Below, piece by piece: positions 42,576 to 52,644 of a DNA stretch of 64,000 nt. The notes beneath the pieces are model-generated. The model ran no database searches, was not told the origin of the DNA, and saw only the letters and a program-made list of their open reading frames with translations. Origin of the DNA: an uncultured Candidatus Actinomarina sp. (lineage in GTDB: Bacteria; Actinomycetota; Acidimicrobiia; Actinomarinales; Actinomarinaceae); the NCBI GenBank assembly GCA_902578135.1, contig CACHBU010000005.1, forward strand, positions 827-64,826. Reading direction: 5' to 3'. Position 1 is the first letter of the stretch. Each line of letters begins with the position of its first letter. The position numbers were made by a program, and so were the translations under genes.

Positions 42576-42975
42576 TAATTGTTATCTTTCTTGTTTGTTC
42601 GTCTATAATCTCAATTTCAAATATATCCATATTTAGATTATTTTTCTCTGGAATCAAATTAATCCACTCAATAATAACTAAACAGTTCTCACTGTTTAAA
42701 GGAAGATCTAAATCAATGAACTCAGCCCAACTTGAAAGTCTGTATAAATCAACATGATAAATGTCAATTTCTTTGACTTTATAATTTTTAACAATATTAA
42801 ATGTCGGCGATGTTACAACTTCCTCACATCCAAAATATTCTATTACTTTTTTTGCAATCGTTGTCTTTCCAGCACCTAAAGGCCCTGATAAACCAATTGT
42901 TTTGGGTAAGTGTAAAGTTTTAAAATAGTCATCCAAAAAAAGATCCAAGTCTTCTTCTTTTACTAAATTACTCAA
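42568..42975 (-). CDS. tsaE: t6A synthesis ATPase TsaE
   Basis: GPLGAGKT, VTSPTF, HVDLYRL, IEW. Confidence 0.93.
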   Translation of the reverse strand: MSNLVKEEDLDLFLDDYFKTLHLPKTIGLSGPLGAGKTTIAKKVIEYFGCEEVVTSPTFNIVKNYKVKEIDIYHVDLYRLSSWAEFIDLDLPLNSENCLVIIEWINLIPEKNNLNMDIFEIEIIDEQTRKITINV

Positions 42976-44056
42976 TTTCTATTCTCTCAAGCCTTCTTGA
43001 CATATTAGTTAATATTTCCCATTCAATAGTTTTATTCCATTGTGCAATGTCAGTAACTGTTATTTCATGCTGTCCATTTTCAGATTTACCTAGGACAGTT
43101 ACTTCATCATCAACTTTGACCTCTATATCAGTTACATCAATTAAAATTTGGTCCATGGTTACCCTGCCTATCAATTTACAAATTTTGTTATTTACTAAAA
43201 CATGACCATCAGGAAAGGAGTTCCAAGGGTATCCATCACCATAACCAATTGGAGCTGTTGCAATTGTCGAATCTCTTTCTAGCTCAAAAGATTTTCCATA
43301 GGAAACAGCATCACCTTTATTTCTTTTTTGTAAGTTGGAGATTCTTGTTTTAATTTCCATTGTTGGCATCAAATTGTGATCATAATTTTTTATTGAAATT
43401 TGTGTACCATATGCTGCTAAACCAATTCTTGTCATGTTGAATGAATCATCAGAATTGTAAAAACTAGAGGCTGAATTGTCTACATGTAATAATAAGCCAT
43501 CAGTATCGTGCCCACTAATTAATGCTTTAAACAAATTTAAAGCACTTTGTGTGTATTGTTCATCAGTATCAGCAGTTGGAAAATGTGTGCAAATTCCAAC
43601 TAAATTTAATGATGATGTTTGGATTTTTTCCATTAATTTATCAAAATTTTCTGGTTCACAACCTATGCGATGCATGCCAGTGTCAACTTTTAAGTGCACA
43701 TTGAGGTTTCCTTCGACATTAATTAATTCATCAATAAATTCTTCATTGTAAACGGTCAAATCTATTTCGTTTTTAAAAACATTTTTTATTTGAGATTTTG
43801 AAGGTTCTGCTAATAAAAGTATCCTGGCACCTTTTGAAATATTCCTAACTTGAATTGCTTCATTTACAGATGCTACAGCAAACCAACTAATTCCAGCCTC
43901 CTCAGCTGTTTTTACAGTCCATTGAATACCATGTCCATAGGCATTTGCTTTCACAACCAGACACAACTCTTTTTTTGTAAGGTCACTTAAGTAATTCAAA
44001 TTGCTGACTAAGTGAGATTTATTTACGAAAATGTATCCTCTGTCCATCTGTTTCAT
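42968..44056 (-). CDS. alr: Alanine racemase
   Basis: VKANAYGHG, HLKVDTGM.R.G, GYGDG, GRVTMDQ. Confidence 0.96.
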   Translation of the reverse strand: MKQMDRGYIFVNKSHLVSNLNYLSDLTKKELCLVVKANAYGHGIQWTVKTAEEAGISWFAVASVNEAIQVRNISKGARILLLAEPSKSQIKNVFKNEIDLTVYNEEFIDELINVEGNLNVHLKVDTGMHRIGCEPENFDKLMEKIQTSSLNLVGICTHFPTADTDEQYTQSALNLFKALISGHDTDGLLLHVDNSASSFYNSDDSFNMTRIGLAAYGTQISIKNYDHNLMPTMEIKTRISNLQKRNKGDAVSYGKSFELERDSTIATAPIGYGDGYPWNSFPDGHVLVNNKICKLIGRVTMDQILIDVTDIEVKVDDEVTVLGKSENGQHEITVTDIAQWNKTIEWEILTNMSRRLERIEIE

Positions 44057-44097
44057 TCTAATGTCTAATAGAATTGCAAATTATAAAAGTTAATTTT

Positions 44098-44271
44098 TTA
44101 AGATCTAAATCCTTTTGGTATTTTGTATGTAAGCACTGCACTAATTGCAAAACCTGCTGCTATCCAAGGAGATAAATTTACAAAAAGCCATCCAAAAACT
44201 GCAACTCCCATTGCTATGGAAATACCAATCAAATTTCCAGCATTATTAGAATTCTTTGATTCATTATTCAT
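44098..44271 (-). CDS. Small 2-TM membrane protein (57 aa), paralog of upstream neighbour
   Basis: MNNESKNSNNAGNLIGISIAMGVAVFGWLFVNLSPWIAAGFAISAVLTYKIPKGFRS; ATG overlaps end of upstream ORF. Confidence 0.7.
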   Translation of the reverse strand: MNNESKNSNNAGNLIGISIAMGVAVFGWLFVNLSPWIAAGFAISAVLTYKIPKGFRS

Positions 44272-44422
44272 TTTTATTTTGTGGTTTTCTCCAACTGAGT
44301 GCTGCTCCTAAAGCAACGCCTACAGCTAACCAGGTAGGTTCGTTTGTAACAGCAAAAACTGCTGCTCCTATAGCTGTACCAACACCAATCATGCTTCCGG
44401 TATTTTTAATTTTTTTATCCAT
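44264..44422 (-). CDS. Small 2-TM Gly/Ala-zipper membrane protein (52 aa)
   Basis: MDKKIKNTGSMIGVGTAIGAAVFAVTNEPTWLAVGVALGAALSWRKPQNKNE; AAGGAG upstream. Confidence 0.75.
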   Translation of the reverse strand: MDKKIKNTGSMIGVGTAIGAAVFAVTNEPTWLAVGVALGAALSWRKPQNKNE

Positions 44423-44441
44423 GACAAGCAAGCTCCTTTAT

Positions 44442-46238
44442 TTATTCAACAGTTACAGATTTAGCTAAATTTCTTGGCTGGTCAATTGACTCCCCATTTA
44501 AATTAGCTACATGATAAGCAATAAACTGTAGAGGGATAATCGATATAATAGTCGACAGCATTTCACTTGTTTCAGGAAGTGCAATGTAATTATTTGATAT
44601 GTCTTTTAATTTCTTAGATGAAACATCTCCAACTGCTATAACATACGCTCCTCTAGCAATTACCTCTTGTACATTGCTAGTTGTTTTATCTAATAAATGT
44701 CTTTGACTAGCGGTGACTATCACTGGAGTGCCTTCTTCAATAAGTGCAAGTGTTCCATGCTTAAGTTCTCCTGCTGCAAGAGCTTCAGCATGAAGATAAG
44801 ATATCTCTTTCAATTTTAATGCCCCTTCAGCAGCCAAAGCATAATCTAAGCCTCTACCTATAAAATAAATATCTTTCTTCTTATAAATTAGTTTTGATAT
44901 CTCTTTTACTTGATCTTCACACTTTAATGCTTCTTCGATTAAAGAAGGAAGCGCCTTAATCTCTTCAAGTGAAGTATCTAATTTATTATTTGAATCCCAA
45001 TGTTTTGCTAGCAAAAGTTGTCCAACTAACATTCCCAAGTATGCTTTTGTCGATGCCACACCAATTTCTGGACCAACGTGAAGATAAAATACACTATCTG
45101 CCATTCTTGCAAGTGAGCTCCCAACAACATTTACTAAAGCTAATACGTGAGATCCATTATCTTTTAGTAATTCTGTTGCTGCGATTGTATCCATAGTTTC
45201 ACCAGACTGAGATATAACAATAGCAAGATCATTTTTGCCTATGATTGGCTCTCGATATCTAAACTCAGAAGCAAGTTCAACACTTACAGGAACTCCAAGA
45301 ACTTTTTCAAATAAATCTTTACCAAATAAACCAGCATGATAAGCAGTACCGCAAGCAACAATCCATATCTTTTCAAACTTTTTTGCTTTATCTAAAAGTA
45401 TTGGTATTTCTGTTGAGTTTTTTTCAATTCTTCCTGCAATTGTTCTCTCAATTACTTCTGCTTGTTCAAGTATTTCTTTATACATGAAATGGTCATGACC
45501 AGCTTTTTCTGCTTCAGAGACCTCCCAGTCTATAACTTGAATATCTCTTGTTATTACATTTTTTTCTATATCGTACAAAGTAAAATTTCCATCATTAATT
45601 TCTACAAAGTCACCATTCTCTAGGAATATCATTTTGTTTGTATATTCTAAAATTGCTGCAGAGTCAGATGCTAAAAAGACCTCCCCCTCACTAACACCTA
45701 GAACTAATGGACTCATCATTCTTCCAGCTACAATTGTGCCTGGCTGTTTTGTTGAAGTTACAACAAGAGCATAGGTACCATCAAGTGATTTAGCTACATC
45801 TAAAACAGTATCTAACAACTCACCATTCCATTTTCTACTCAACTCAACAGCAACAACCTCTGTGTCGGTTTCCGAAATAAAGCTATAATCGTCTTGAATT
45901 AAATCATCTTTTAACTCAGCGTAGTTCTCAATAATTCCATTGTGAATGATGGCGAATTCATTAGCATTATCCGCATGAGGATGAGCATTAACATCGCTCG
46001 GAACTCCATGTGTTGCCCATCTTGTATGACCAATTCCAATGTTTCCTTTTATTGAAGTTCCTTCTAAATGCTCCTTAAGCACACTGAGTTTTCCTTCTTT
46101 TTTTTCTATTGATAGGTTATCTCCATCAATTAAAGCCACTCCCGCAGAATCATATCCGCGGTACTCTAATCTTGATAATCCACTAATTAGAATTGGTAAG
46201 GGTTCTTTTGGGCCTGAATACCCGATTATTCCACACAT
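44442..46238 (-). CDS. glmS: Glutamine-fructose-6-phosphate aminotransferase
   Basis: MCGI, LEYRGYDSAG, GHTRWATHG, PRNLAKSVTVE. Confidence 0.98.
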   Translation of the reverse strand: MCGIIGYSGPKEPLPILISGLSRLEYRGYDSAGVALIDGDNLSIEKKEGKLSVLKEHLEGTSIKGNIGIGHTRWATHGVPSDVNAHPHADNANEFAIIHNGIIENYAELKDDLIQDDYSFISETDTEVVAVELSRKWNGELLDTVLDVAKSLDGTYALVVTSTKQPGTIVAGRMMSPLVLGVSEGEVFLASDSAAILEYTNKMIFLENGDFVEINDGNFTLYDIEKNVITRDIQVIDWEVSEAEKAGHDHFMYKEILEQAEVIERTIAGRIEKNSTEIPILLDKAKKFEKIWIVACGTAYHAGLFGKDLFEKVLGVPVSVELASEFRYREPIIGKNDLAIVISQSGETMDTIAATELLKDNGSHVLALVNVVGSSLARMADSVFYLHVGPEIGVASTKAYLGMLVGQLLLAKHWDSNNKLDTSLEEIKALPSLIEEALKCEDQVKEISKLIYKKKDIYFIGRGLDYALAAEGALKLKEISYLHAEALAAGELKHGTLALIEEGTPVIVTASQRHLLDKTTSNVQEVIARGAYVIAVGDVSSKKLKDISNNYIALPETSEMLSTIISIIPLQFIAYHVANLNGESIDQPRNLAKSVTVE

Positions 46239-46271
46239 ACTTTCTCCATTCCAACGAGCAAGTTGAAATTA

Positions 46272-46410
46272 AGACTACGTTAAATTGACTCTGTTCAACA
46301 ATTTCTTGCTGTTTTTAAACAATTTATTACGACCGTAGAGCCGAGTATGCATCCGCCGAATTTTTCGATAACATACTACCTCGTCACCTTTTTCAAGGCC
46401 TGGCGCTAAT
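46272..46410 (-). ncRNA. glmS ribozyme (GlcN6P-activated self-cleaving riboswitch)
   Basis: AGCGCCAGG, GACGAGG, UUAUCGAA..UUCGGCGGAUGC core in the glmS 5' UTR; predicted cleavage 46407/46406. Confidence 0.93.
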
Positions 46411-46425
46411 TTGCTCGTTGTTTAT

Positions 46426-46431
46426 ATTATA
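46426..46431 (-). promoter_or_regulatory. -10 box of the glmS transcript
   Basis: TATAAT about 19 nt upstream of the ribozyme cleavage site. Confidence 0.6.
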
Positions 46432-46441
46432 AGTAAAAAAA

Positions 46442-47749
46442 TTAAGTAAAAAGATAGTTTTTAATATTGTTTATTAATTCATCACTAAATTCATTTACAG
46501 AATTACTATCTTTAGCTTCAATTAGCACTCTAAGTAATGGCTCAGTTCCTGAATTTCTAATCAAGTACCTTCCATCTAAATCGTATTTATCAGACAATTT
46601 TTTTGCTATGTTATTCAATTCTTTAATTTGGTTTTCCTCAGGCATAGTACTCAATTCAAGATTGACTAATTTTTGCGGATATTCCTCAATATTTTCAGAT
46701 TTAAATTTTGATAATGTAGTGTCAAAAAATGCAAGTGCTTTTAAGCAGTATATGAAAGTTACAAGGCCATCACCTACTGGTAATGCTTCAGAAATAATTA
46801 TATGACCAGATTGCTCCCCACCTATTGAGGCATTGTTTTCATCCATCGCTTCTGCAACATATTTGTCGCCTACTTTAGTTTCAATATTCTTAAAATTGTT
46901 TTTATCCATTGAATTTTTAAAGCCGTAATTTGCCATAACTGTTGAGACGACCACTTTATTGTTTAACTGATTAATTGCCTCAAGATACTTTGCAATTAAT
47001 AATATAATCACATCACCATTACAAATATTTCCTTCCTCATCTAGCAAAATGAGTCGATCTGCATCACCATCAAACGCTGCACCAATTTCGTTTTTTCCAC
47101 TATTTTGTTTTAAGTTATCAAGGTGAGTTGCTCCACAATTTAAATTTATATTTTCTCCATCTGGATTATTTGAAATTATTCTAAATTTGGCTTTTTTTGA
47201 CTTAAACAAATCTTCGATTATTTTATATGAAGACCCATTAGCTGTATCAAACAATACATTAAATTTAGCTAGATCAAAATTAATTAAATTATTTAAAAAC
47301 TCAAGGTAGGCTTGATATCCATTTTGAGATTCTTTGGAAGTTGTAAACTCTTTAGGTAAATTAATATCAGACAGAGCTTTTTCTATATCTATCTCAAGAT
47401 TGTCAGATAGTTTTGAACCATTATGATCAATTAATTTAATACCGTTATATTCACTTGGGTTATGAGATGCTGAAATAATTACACCAAGATCATGATTGAA
47501 TTCTTTTAAAAGAACAGGCATTGAACCAGAAGGAAGCACTCCATAATTAATAACCTCGACATTTTCACTTAAGCCAGCACATATCCAATCTAGAAGTTCT
47601 AACGATGAACTTCTTGTATCTAAAATTACTGCCACGGATTTTGGTGATAAAAGTAACTCTACAGAAGAAAATATTTTTGAAACTAAATCTTTATTTAGAG
47701 TTTCGTTTGGAATACCTCGGATTCCATCAGTACCGAAATATTGCTTCAA
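46442..47749 (-). CDS. glmM: Phosphoglucosamine mutase
   Basis: FGTDGIRG, ISASHNP, DGDADR, GGEQSGH, SGTEP. Confidence 0.95.
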   Translation of the reverse strand: MKQYFGTDGIRGIPNETLNKDLVSKIFSSVELLLSPKSVAVILDTRSSSLELLDWICAGLSENVEVINYGVLPSGSMPVLLKEFNHDLGVIISASHNPSEYNGIKLIDHNGSKLSDNLEIDIEKALSDINLPKEFTTSKESQNGYQAYLEFLNNLINFDLAKFNVLFDTANGSSYKIIEDLFKSKKAKFRIISNNPDGENINLNCGATHLDNLKQNSGKNEIGAAFDGDADRLILLDEEGNICNGDVIILLIAKYLEAINQLNNKVVVSTVMANYGFKNSMDKNNFKNIETKVGDKYVAEAMDENNASIGGEQSGHIIISEALPVGDGLVTFIYCLKALAFFDTTLSKFKSENIEEYPQKLVNLELSTMPEENQIKELNNIAKKLSDKYDLDGRYLIRNSGTEPLLRVLIEAKDSNSVNEFSDELINNIKNYLFT

Positions 47750-47757
47750 TTTTTTGA

Positions 47758-48147
47758 CTATCTCTTAGTAAATTGCTCGGCTCTTCTTGCTTTCTTGAGA
47801 CCATATTTTTTACGCTCAACTTTTCTCGCGTCTCGAGTAAGCAACCCGGCTTTTTTTAATTTAGGTCTTAAGTCAGGATCAACTTCTAATAATGCACGTG
47901 ATATTCCAAGTGAAACTGCGTCTGCCTGAGCTGATAATCCACTACCACTTACATTGGCGACAACATCATATTTAGAATCCATGTTTACAACTTTAAAAGG
48001 TTTCTCAATTGTCATTTTCATAGATGGACTTGGAAAATATTGTTCTACATCTTTTCCGTTGAATGTAAATTTTCCTGTACCTTCAGTTAAAGTAACTCTT
48101 GCTACAGAGGTTTTTCTTCTTCCAGTTCCATAAAATGAGTTAGCCAT
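47758..48147 (-). CDS. rpsI: 30S protein S9
   Basis: GRRK, LTRD.R.VERKK.G. Confidence 0.98.
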   Translation of the reverse strand: MANSFYGTGRRKTSVARVTLTEGTGKFTFNGKDVEQYFPSPSMKMTIEKPFKVVNMDSKYDVVANVSGSGLSAQADAVSLGISRALLEVDPDLRPKLKKAGLLTRDARKVERKKYGLKKARRAEQFTKR

Positions 48148-48601
48148 TTTCTTCTACTTTCTTTATGTTAAAACTTAGCTCTTTTGGATCTTGACTTTGA
48201 TGAGGGTGGTTTGAATCTGCGTATATGTGAAGTTTTTTTAATATAGATCTTCCTAATCTATTTTTTGGCAACATACCCCATACAGCGCGTTCAATTATTT
48301 TTTCTGGCTTTCTCTGCCTTAGAGAATTAAAACTTTCCGATTTTATACCTCCAGGAAACCCGGAATGTGAATGGTACATTTTTTGTTCAGACTTTTTTGA
48401 AGTAATAGATATTTTTGAAGCGTTTATTACAACCACGTGATCTCCTACATCTAAATGAGGTGCGTATTGAGGTTTATGTTTTCCTCTCAAAATCTGTGCA
48501 ATTTCACTGGCTAGTCTTCCAATAGGTAGACCACTTGCATCAACTAAGTGCCAGTTGCGTTCTGAGGATTCTATTCCTTCAAATGTTGTTTTTGTATTCA
48601 T
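48140..48601 (-). CDS. rplM: 50S protein L13
   Basis: GRLAS, GKHKP, GMLP. Confidence 0.98.
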   Translation of the reverse strand: MNTKTTFEGIESSERNWHLVDASGLPIGRLASEIAQILRGKHKPQYAPHLDVGDHVVVINASKISITSKKSEQKMYHSHSGFPGGIKSESFNSLRQRKPEKIIERAVWGMLPKNRLGRSILKKLHIYADSNHPHQSQDPKELSFNIKKVEENG

Positions 48602-48661
48602 TTATCAATCTTTAGAATTGTAACGAATTACTAGTATAAAGTGCATATATATTTATGAAAA

Positions 48662-49387
48662 CTAGTATTTAACTTTCCAAAGAGTTAAACCGTTAGCAGG
48701 AGCTATATAATTTAAACGATTTCCATCAGGTTTATCTAATTGTGATTTTATTTCTTTTAATGTTAATTTATTATCATTAAAAGCCAGTTGTACGCCGACT
48801 AAATTTCTCACCATATTTCTAAGGAATGAATTTCCAGTAATTGTATATGTAAAAATATTAGAGTTTTTTTTCCATACACTTTTAAAAATTTCTCTTTCAG
48901 GATTTTTATTTTTTTCAAGTTTAGCAAATGATGAAAAGTCATTCTTTCCCAAAAATAATTGAGATATTACATTCAACTTTTCCAAATCGAGTGATGAATT
49001 ATGTTGGTGAGTACTATTAAGTAAATATGGTAATTTTTTTTGATTATCCATTGTAGAGTAAACATAAGTTCGTTCTTTTGCACTGTACCTAGCATGAAAA
49101 TCATTACTAATTTCATTAAATGAATTTACTGAAATAGAGTTTCCAAGTAATTTATCAATTGAAGAGATTAATTTTTCAGTAATTTTAATATCCGTAAGAA
49201 TATTTAATACTTGTTCTTTTGCATGTACTCCAGCATCAGTTCTACCAGAATAATTTAATTCGTAATCTTTAATCAGTAAATCAAGAACTTCTTCAATTTT
49301 GCCTTGTACAGTTGGTCTACTTCTTTGTTTTTGAAATCCGTAAAAACTTGATCCATCATATGCAATACTTACTTTGTAATTTTGCAT
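48662..49387 (-). CDS. truA: tRNA pseudouridine 38-40 synthase
   Basis: YDGS.F.GFQ, GRTDAGVHA, FHAR, FL..MVR. Confidence 0.95.
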   Translation of the reverse strand: MQNYKVSIAYDGSSFYGFQKQRSRPTVQGKIEEVLDLLIKDYELNYSGRTDAGVHAKEQVLNILTDIKITEKLISSIDKLLGNSISVNSFNEISNDFHARYSAKERTYVYSTMDNQKKLPYLLNSTHQHNSSLDLEKLNVISQLFLGKNDFSSFAKLEKNKNPEREIFKSVWKKNSNIFTYTITGNSFLRNMVRNLVGVQLAFNDNKLTLKEIKSQLDKPDGNRLNYIAPANGLTLWKVKY

Positions 49388-49933
49388 TTAAACAAAAATA
49401 CGGATAGGGTCTGAAAATAGCGTTAAGACAAGTAAAAAAGTTACTGTTGTTATACTTGCCACCCTATCCTCAAATAAAAAAGCTGAACGTAGAGATTTTG
49501 ATAATACAAAATACATCCAAGCAAATATTGATATAGTTGTAATTTGCAAAAAAATGGCTGGAATAGTGATCAAAGAATTTATTAAAACAACTACACCAAT
49601 GAATCCTACAAGACCATGCGTGTAGCCTGTAAAAACTAAAAGAGAAGGGATTTCGATTTGTTGATTAAATGCTCTTGACAATAAAAACCAAATTGCAAGA
49701 TTTGCAAAAAGCCATGCAAAAATTCCATCAACAACTCCATAAAAAATTATATCTGCAATATTGACTACTGAAGCATTAATGACCAAAGGTATGTAAATAG
49801 ACAGCAAGCTCAGCAATACTACTATTAGGGCATTGCCAGATTCATACCTGTCATTACTGATTTCAATGAAAGTTGACTGATCGAATCTTATAAATTTTTT
49901 AAATTGTGACCAAATATTTTTAAGTGAGTTCAC
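49388..49933 (-). CDS. Hypothetical multi-pass membrane protein (possibly Yip1-like)
   Basis: About five hydrophobic segments; fills the rplQ-truA gap exactly. Confidence 0.65.
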   Translation of the reverse strand: MNSLKNIWSQFKKFIRFDQSTFIEISNDRYESGNALIVVLLSLLSIYIPLVINASVVNIADIIFYGVVDGIFAWLFANLAIWFLLSRAFNQQIEIPSLLVFTGYTHGLVGFIGVVVLINSLITIPAIFLQITTISIFAWMYFVLSKSLRSAFLFEDRVASITTVTFLLVLTLFSDPIRIFV

Positions 49934-49936
49934 TCT

Positions 49937-50287
49937 TTAAACTAGCTCTAAAATAGCTAATTCTGTTCCATCACCCTGTCTATGTCTTGTTCTTGTAATT
50001 CTTGTATAACCACCATCACGGTCTTCATACTTGGGACCAATTTCTTCAAATAGTTTTGCTACTACAGATTTGTCTTGAATCATTTTCAAAACTTGTCTCC
50101 TGTCATGTAAAGATCCTTTTTTGGCTTTGGTAATTACTTTTTCAGCGTAAGGCTTCACTGTCTTTGCTTTAGTAACTGTTGTCTCAATTTTTTCATGTTG
50201 AATCAAAGCACTTATCAAATTACTTATAATTTGATCTTCATGGGAAGATGAGCCCCCAAGTCTTTTACCTTTAGTTGGTTTAGGCAT
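49937..50287 (-). CDS. rplQ: 50S protein L17
   Basis: I.TT..KAK, R.GGYTRI. Confidence 0.97.
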   Translation of the reverse strand: MPKPTKGKRLGGSSSHEDQIISNLISALIQHEKIETTVTKAKTVKPYAEKVITKAKKGSLHDRRQVLKMIQDKSVVAKLFEEIGPKYEDRDGGYTRITRTRHRQGDGTELAILELV

Positions 50288-51239
50288 CAGCCATATCTCC
50301 AGAGTCTAGGTCGGAACTTGTTGGTAAACTTAAACCTAATTCATCTAGCTTTGCTACAAGCTCATCTAAGCTTTTTTGACCAAAGTTAGTTAAGTTCAAC
50401 AAATCATCTTCTGTATATTCAAGAATTTGTCCTACAGTAGTGATATTTTCTCTTCCAAGGCAATTTCTTGGTCTTTCAGATAAATCTAAAGCATCAACAG
50501 ATAATGAGAGATCTGGGGAACTGCCTTCAGAAATTGTAAGCTCACCAAGCTCGAGTCCAACACCTTCATCTATATCAGCAAAAAGCTTCCATAATTCACC
50601 CAAAGTTTTGCCAACTGAAGATATTGCTTCACTAGGCTCAATTGAACCATCAGTTTCAACATCTAAAGTTAATTTATCATAGTCAGTAACTTGTCCAACT
50701 TGAGTAGGGGAAACTCCGTAACTTACGCTTACAATTGGAGAAAAAATCGAGTCGATAGGAATAAAGCTAGAGTCACTAGTCTTATTTTTATCTGCAAGTC
50801 GATATCCGACTCCATGAGCGATTGATACTTCCATGTCTAATGTGGCTCCATCTGAAAGCGTACAAACTTTTAAGTCAGTATTGACAACTTCAACTCCTGC
50901 TGGACATTGAATTTGTGCAGCTAGGACATCACCAGGACCCTTAGCTTTGACTGTTAATGTGTGATTTTCTTGATCTTCGACTTTCAAGACTAATCGTTTT
51001 AAATTTAAAAGAAGATCTAAAACATCTTCTACTACACCGGGTATAGATGTAAATTCATGATTCACACCGTCAATTTTTATTCCAGTTACAGCAACTCCAG
51101 GAACTCTTGATAAAAGTGCTCTCCTCATTGTGTTACCAAGTGTTAATCCAAAACCTGGCTCAAGCGGTTCGATAACAAATTTTGTTCTGTTATTACCAAG
51201 GTCTTCTTGAGTAATTTCAGGTCTTTGTAGCATCAACAT
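50280..51239 (-). CDS. rpoA: RNA polymerase alpha
   Basis: [32 protein letters not shown]; start after GAGGAG. Confidence 0.98.
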   Translation of the reverse strand: MLMLQRPEITQEDLGNNRTKFVIEPLEPGFGLTLGNTMRRALLSRVPGVAVTGIKIDGVNHEFTSIPGVVEDVLDLLLNLKRLVLKVEDQENHTLTVKAKGPGDVLAAQIQCPAGVEVVNTDLKVCTLSDGATLDMEVSIAHGVGYRLADKNKTSDSSFIPIDSIFSPIVSVSYGVSPTQVGQVTDYDKLTLDVETDGSIEPSEAISSVGKTLGELWKLFADIDEGVGLELGELTISEGSSPDLSLSVDALDLSERPRNCLGRENITTVGQILEYTEDDLLNLTNFGQKSLDELVAKLDELGLSLPTSSDLDSGDMADA

Positions 51240-51260
51240 ATTATTTTCTCCTCTCAAATT

Positions 51261-51875
51261 TTATTTTGAATAAAGCTCTACTATTAATTGTTCTTCAATT
51301 TGTGAACTTGCATCATTCCTTGTGGGAGATGCAGCAATCTTTACAATTTTCTTTTTACTATCAACATCCAACCAAGAAGGTATAACGTAGTCTTGACCAG
51401 TATCAATGGTGTGTTGAATAACAATTAAATCTTGGCTTGAGTCTTTTATCTCAATTACATCTCCAGCTTTAACTTGATGCGATGGAACGTCTACGAATTT
51501 TCCATTTAATTTGAAATGTCTGTGCGATACAAGCTGTCTTGCTTGAGGTCTAGTTGATGCAAAACCAGCTCTATAAATTACATTATCAAGTCTTGATTCA
51601 AGTAAAATTAAAAGGTTCTCACCAGTTATGCCATTCATTCTTGAAGCTTCTTTATAGTAATTTCTAAATTGCTTTTCTAGGACACCATACATATATCTAA
51701 CTTTTTGCTTTTCTTTTAATTGGGTTCCGTAATCAGTTTCTCTTGCACGCTTTCTTCCATTTTCTCCAGGAGGATATGGTCTATCTTGAAGTGCTTTGTC
51801 GCCCTTCCTATTTTCAAATACATTAAAGCCTATTCTTCTTGATACTCTAACTCGAGGTCCTGTATATCTAGCCAT
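51261..51875 (-). CDS. rpsD: 30S protein S4
   Basis: MARYTGP, LESRLDN, ARQLVSH. Confidence 0.98.
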   Translation of the reverse strand: MARYTGPRVRVSRRIGFNVFENRKGDKALQDRPYPPGENGRKRARETDYGTQLKEKQKVRYMYGVLEKQFRNYYKEASRMNGITGENLLILLESRLDNVIYRAGFASTRPQARQLVSHRHFKLNGKFVDVPSHQVKAGDVIEIKDSSQDLIVIQHTIDTGQDYVIPSWLDVDSKKKIVKIAASPTRNDASSQIEEQLIVELYSK

Positions 51876-52258
51876 TATCCCCTTCTTCTTTTCTTGGGTC
51901 TGCACCCATTGTGAGGTGTTGGTGTAATATCTTTAATAGTCCCTACATCCATTCCCATATTTTGTAGAGTTCTAACAGCTGTTTCTCTACCAGCACCAGT
52001 TCCGCTAATGATAATGTCTAGCTTATGCACACCGTGCTCTGTAGCTCTTCGAACTGCCTCTTCTGCAGCGACTTGAGCAGCATAGGGTGTAGATTTTCTT
52101 GAACCTTTAAATCCTACTGAACCACCGGACGTCCAAGCTATTGTTTGTCCGGCTGGGTCAGAAATATTAATTATTGTGTTGTTGAAACTAGCTTTAATAT
52201 GAGCTACTCCTGAAGGAACGTTTTTCTTGTTCTTCTTTTTAGTTTTTTGATCTGCCAT
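51875..52258 (-). CDS. rpsK: 30S protein S11
   Basis: [23 protein letters not shown]. Confidence 0.98.
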   Translation of the reverse strand: MADQKTKKKNKKNVPSGVAHIKASFNNTIINISDPAGQTIAWTSGGSVGFKGSRKSTPYAAQVAAEEAVRRATEHGVHKLDIIISGTGAGRETAVRTLQNMGMDVGTIKDITPTPHNGCRPKKRRRG

Positions 52259-52260
52259 AA

Positions 52261-52638
52261 TTATTTAGTCGCTTTCTTTTTTCCGGCAATTGCAAATCTT
52301 GGGCCTTTTCGTGTTCTAGCATTAGTGTGAGTTCTCTGTCCTCTGACTGGTAATCCCATTCTGTGCCTTAATCCTTGATATGTTCCAATTTCTGTTTTTC
52401 TACGAATATTTTGGGACACATCTCGTCTAAGATCTCCTTCAACTCTAAAATTAGCTTCGATGTATTTTCTAATTTGAGCAACTTCATCGTTTGTTAAATT
52501 ACTTACTCTTGTGCTGGGGTCAATTTTTAAATCGACACAAATATCTTCAGCTCTTTTGGCTCCGATTCCATGGATGTATCTCAAAGACGCTATAACTCTC
52601 TTATCCCTTGGGATATCAATACCTGAAATACGTGCCAT
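52261..52638 (-). CDS. rpsM: 30S protein S13
   Basis: [22 protein letters not shown]. Confidence 0.98.
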   Translation of the reverse strand: MARISGIDIPRDKRVIASLRYIHGIGAKRAEDICVDLKIDPSTRVSNLTNDEVAQIRKYIEANFRVEGDLRRDVSQNIRRKTEIGTYQGLRHRMGLPVRGQRTHTNARTRKGPRFAIAGKKKATK

Positions 52639-52644
52639 TATAAA

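Noticed and set aside
44123-44468. Plus-strand ORFs 44123..44311 and 44256..44468
   Set aside because: Antisense shadows of the two minus-strand microproteins, which have an RBS, coupling and mutual similarity.
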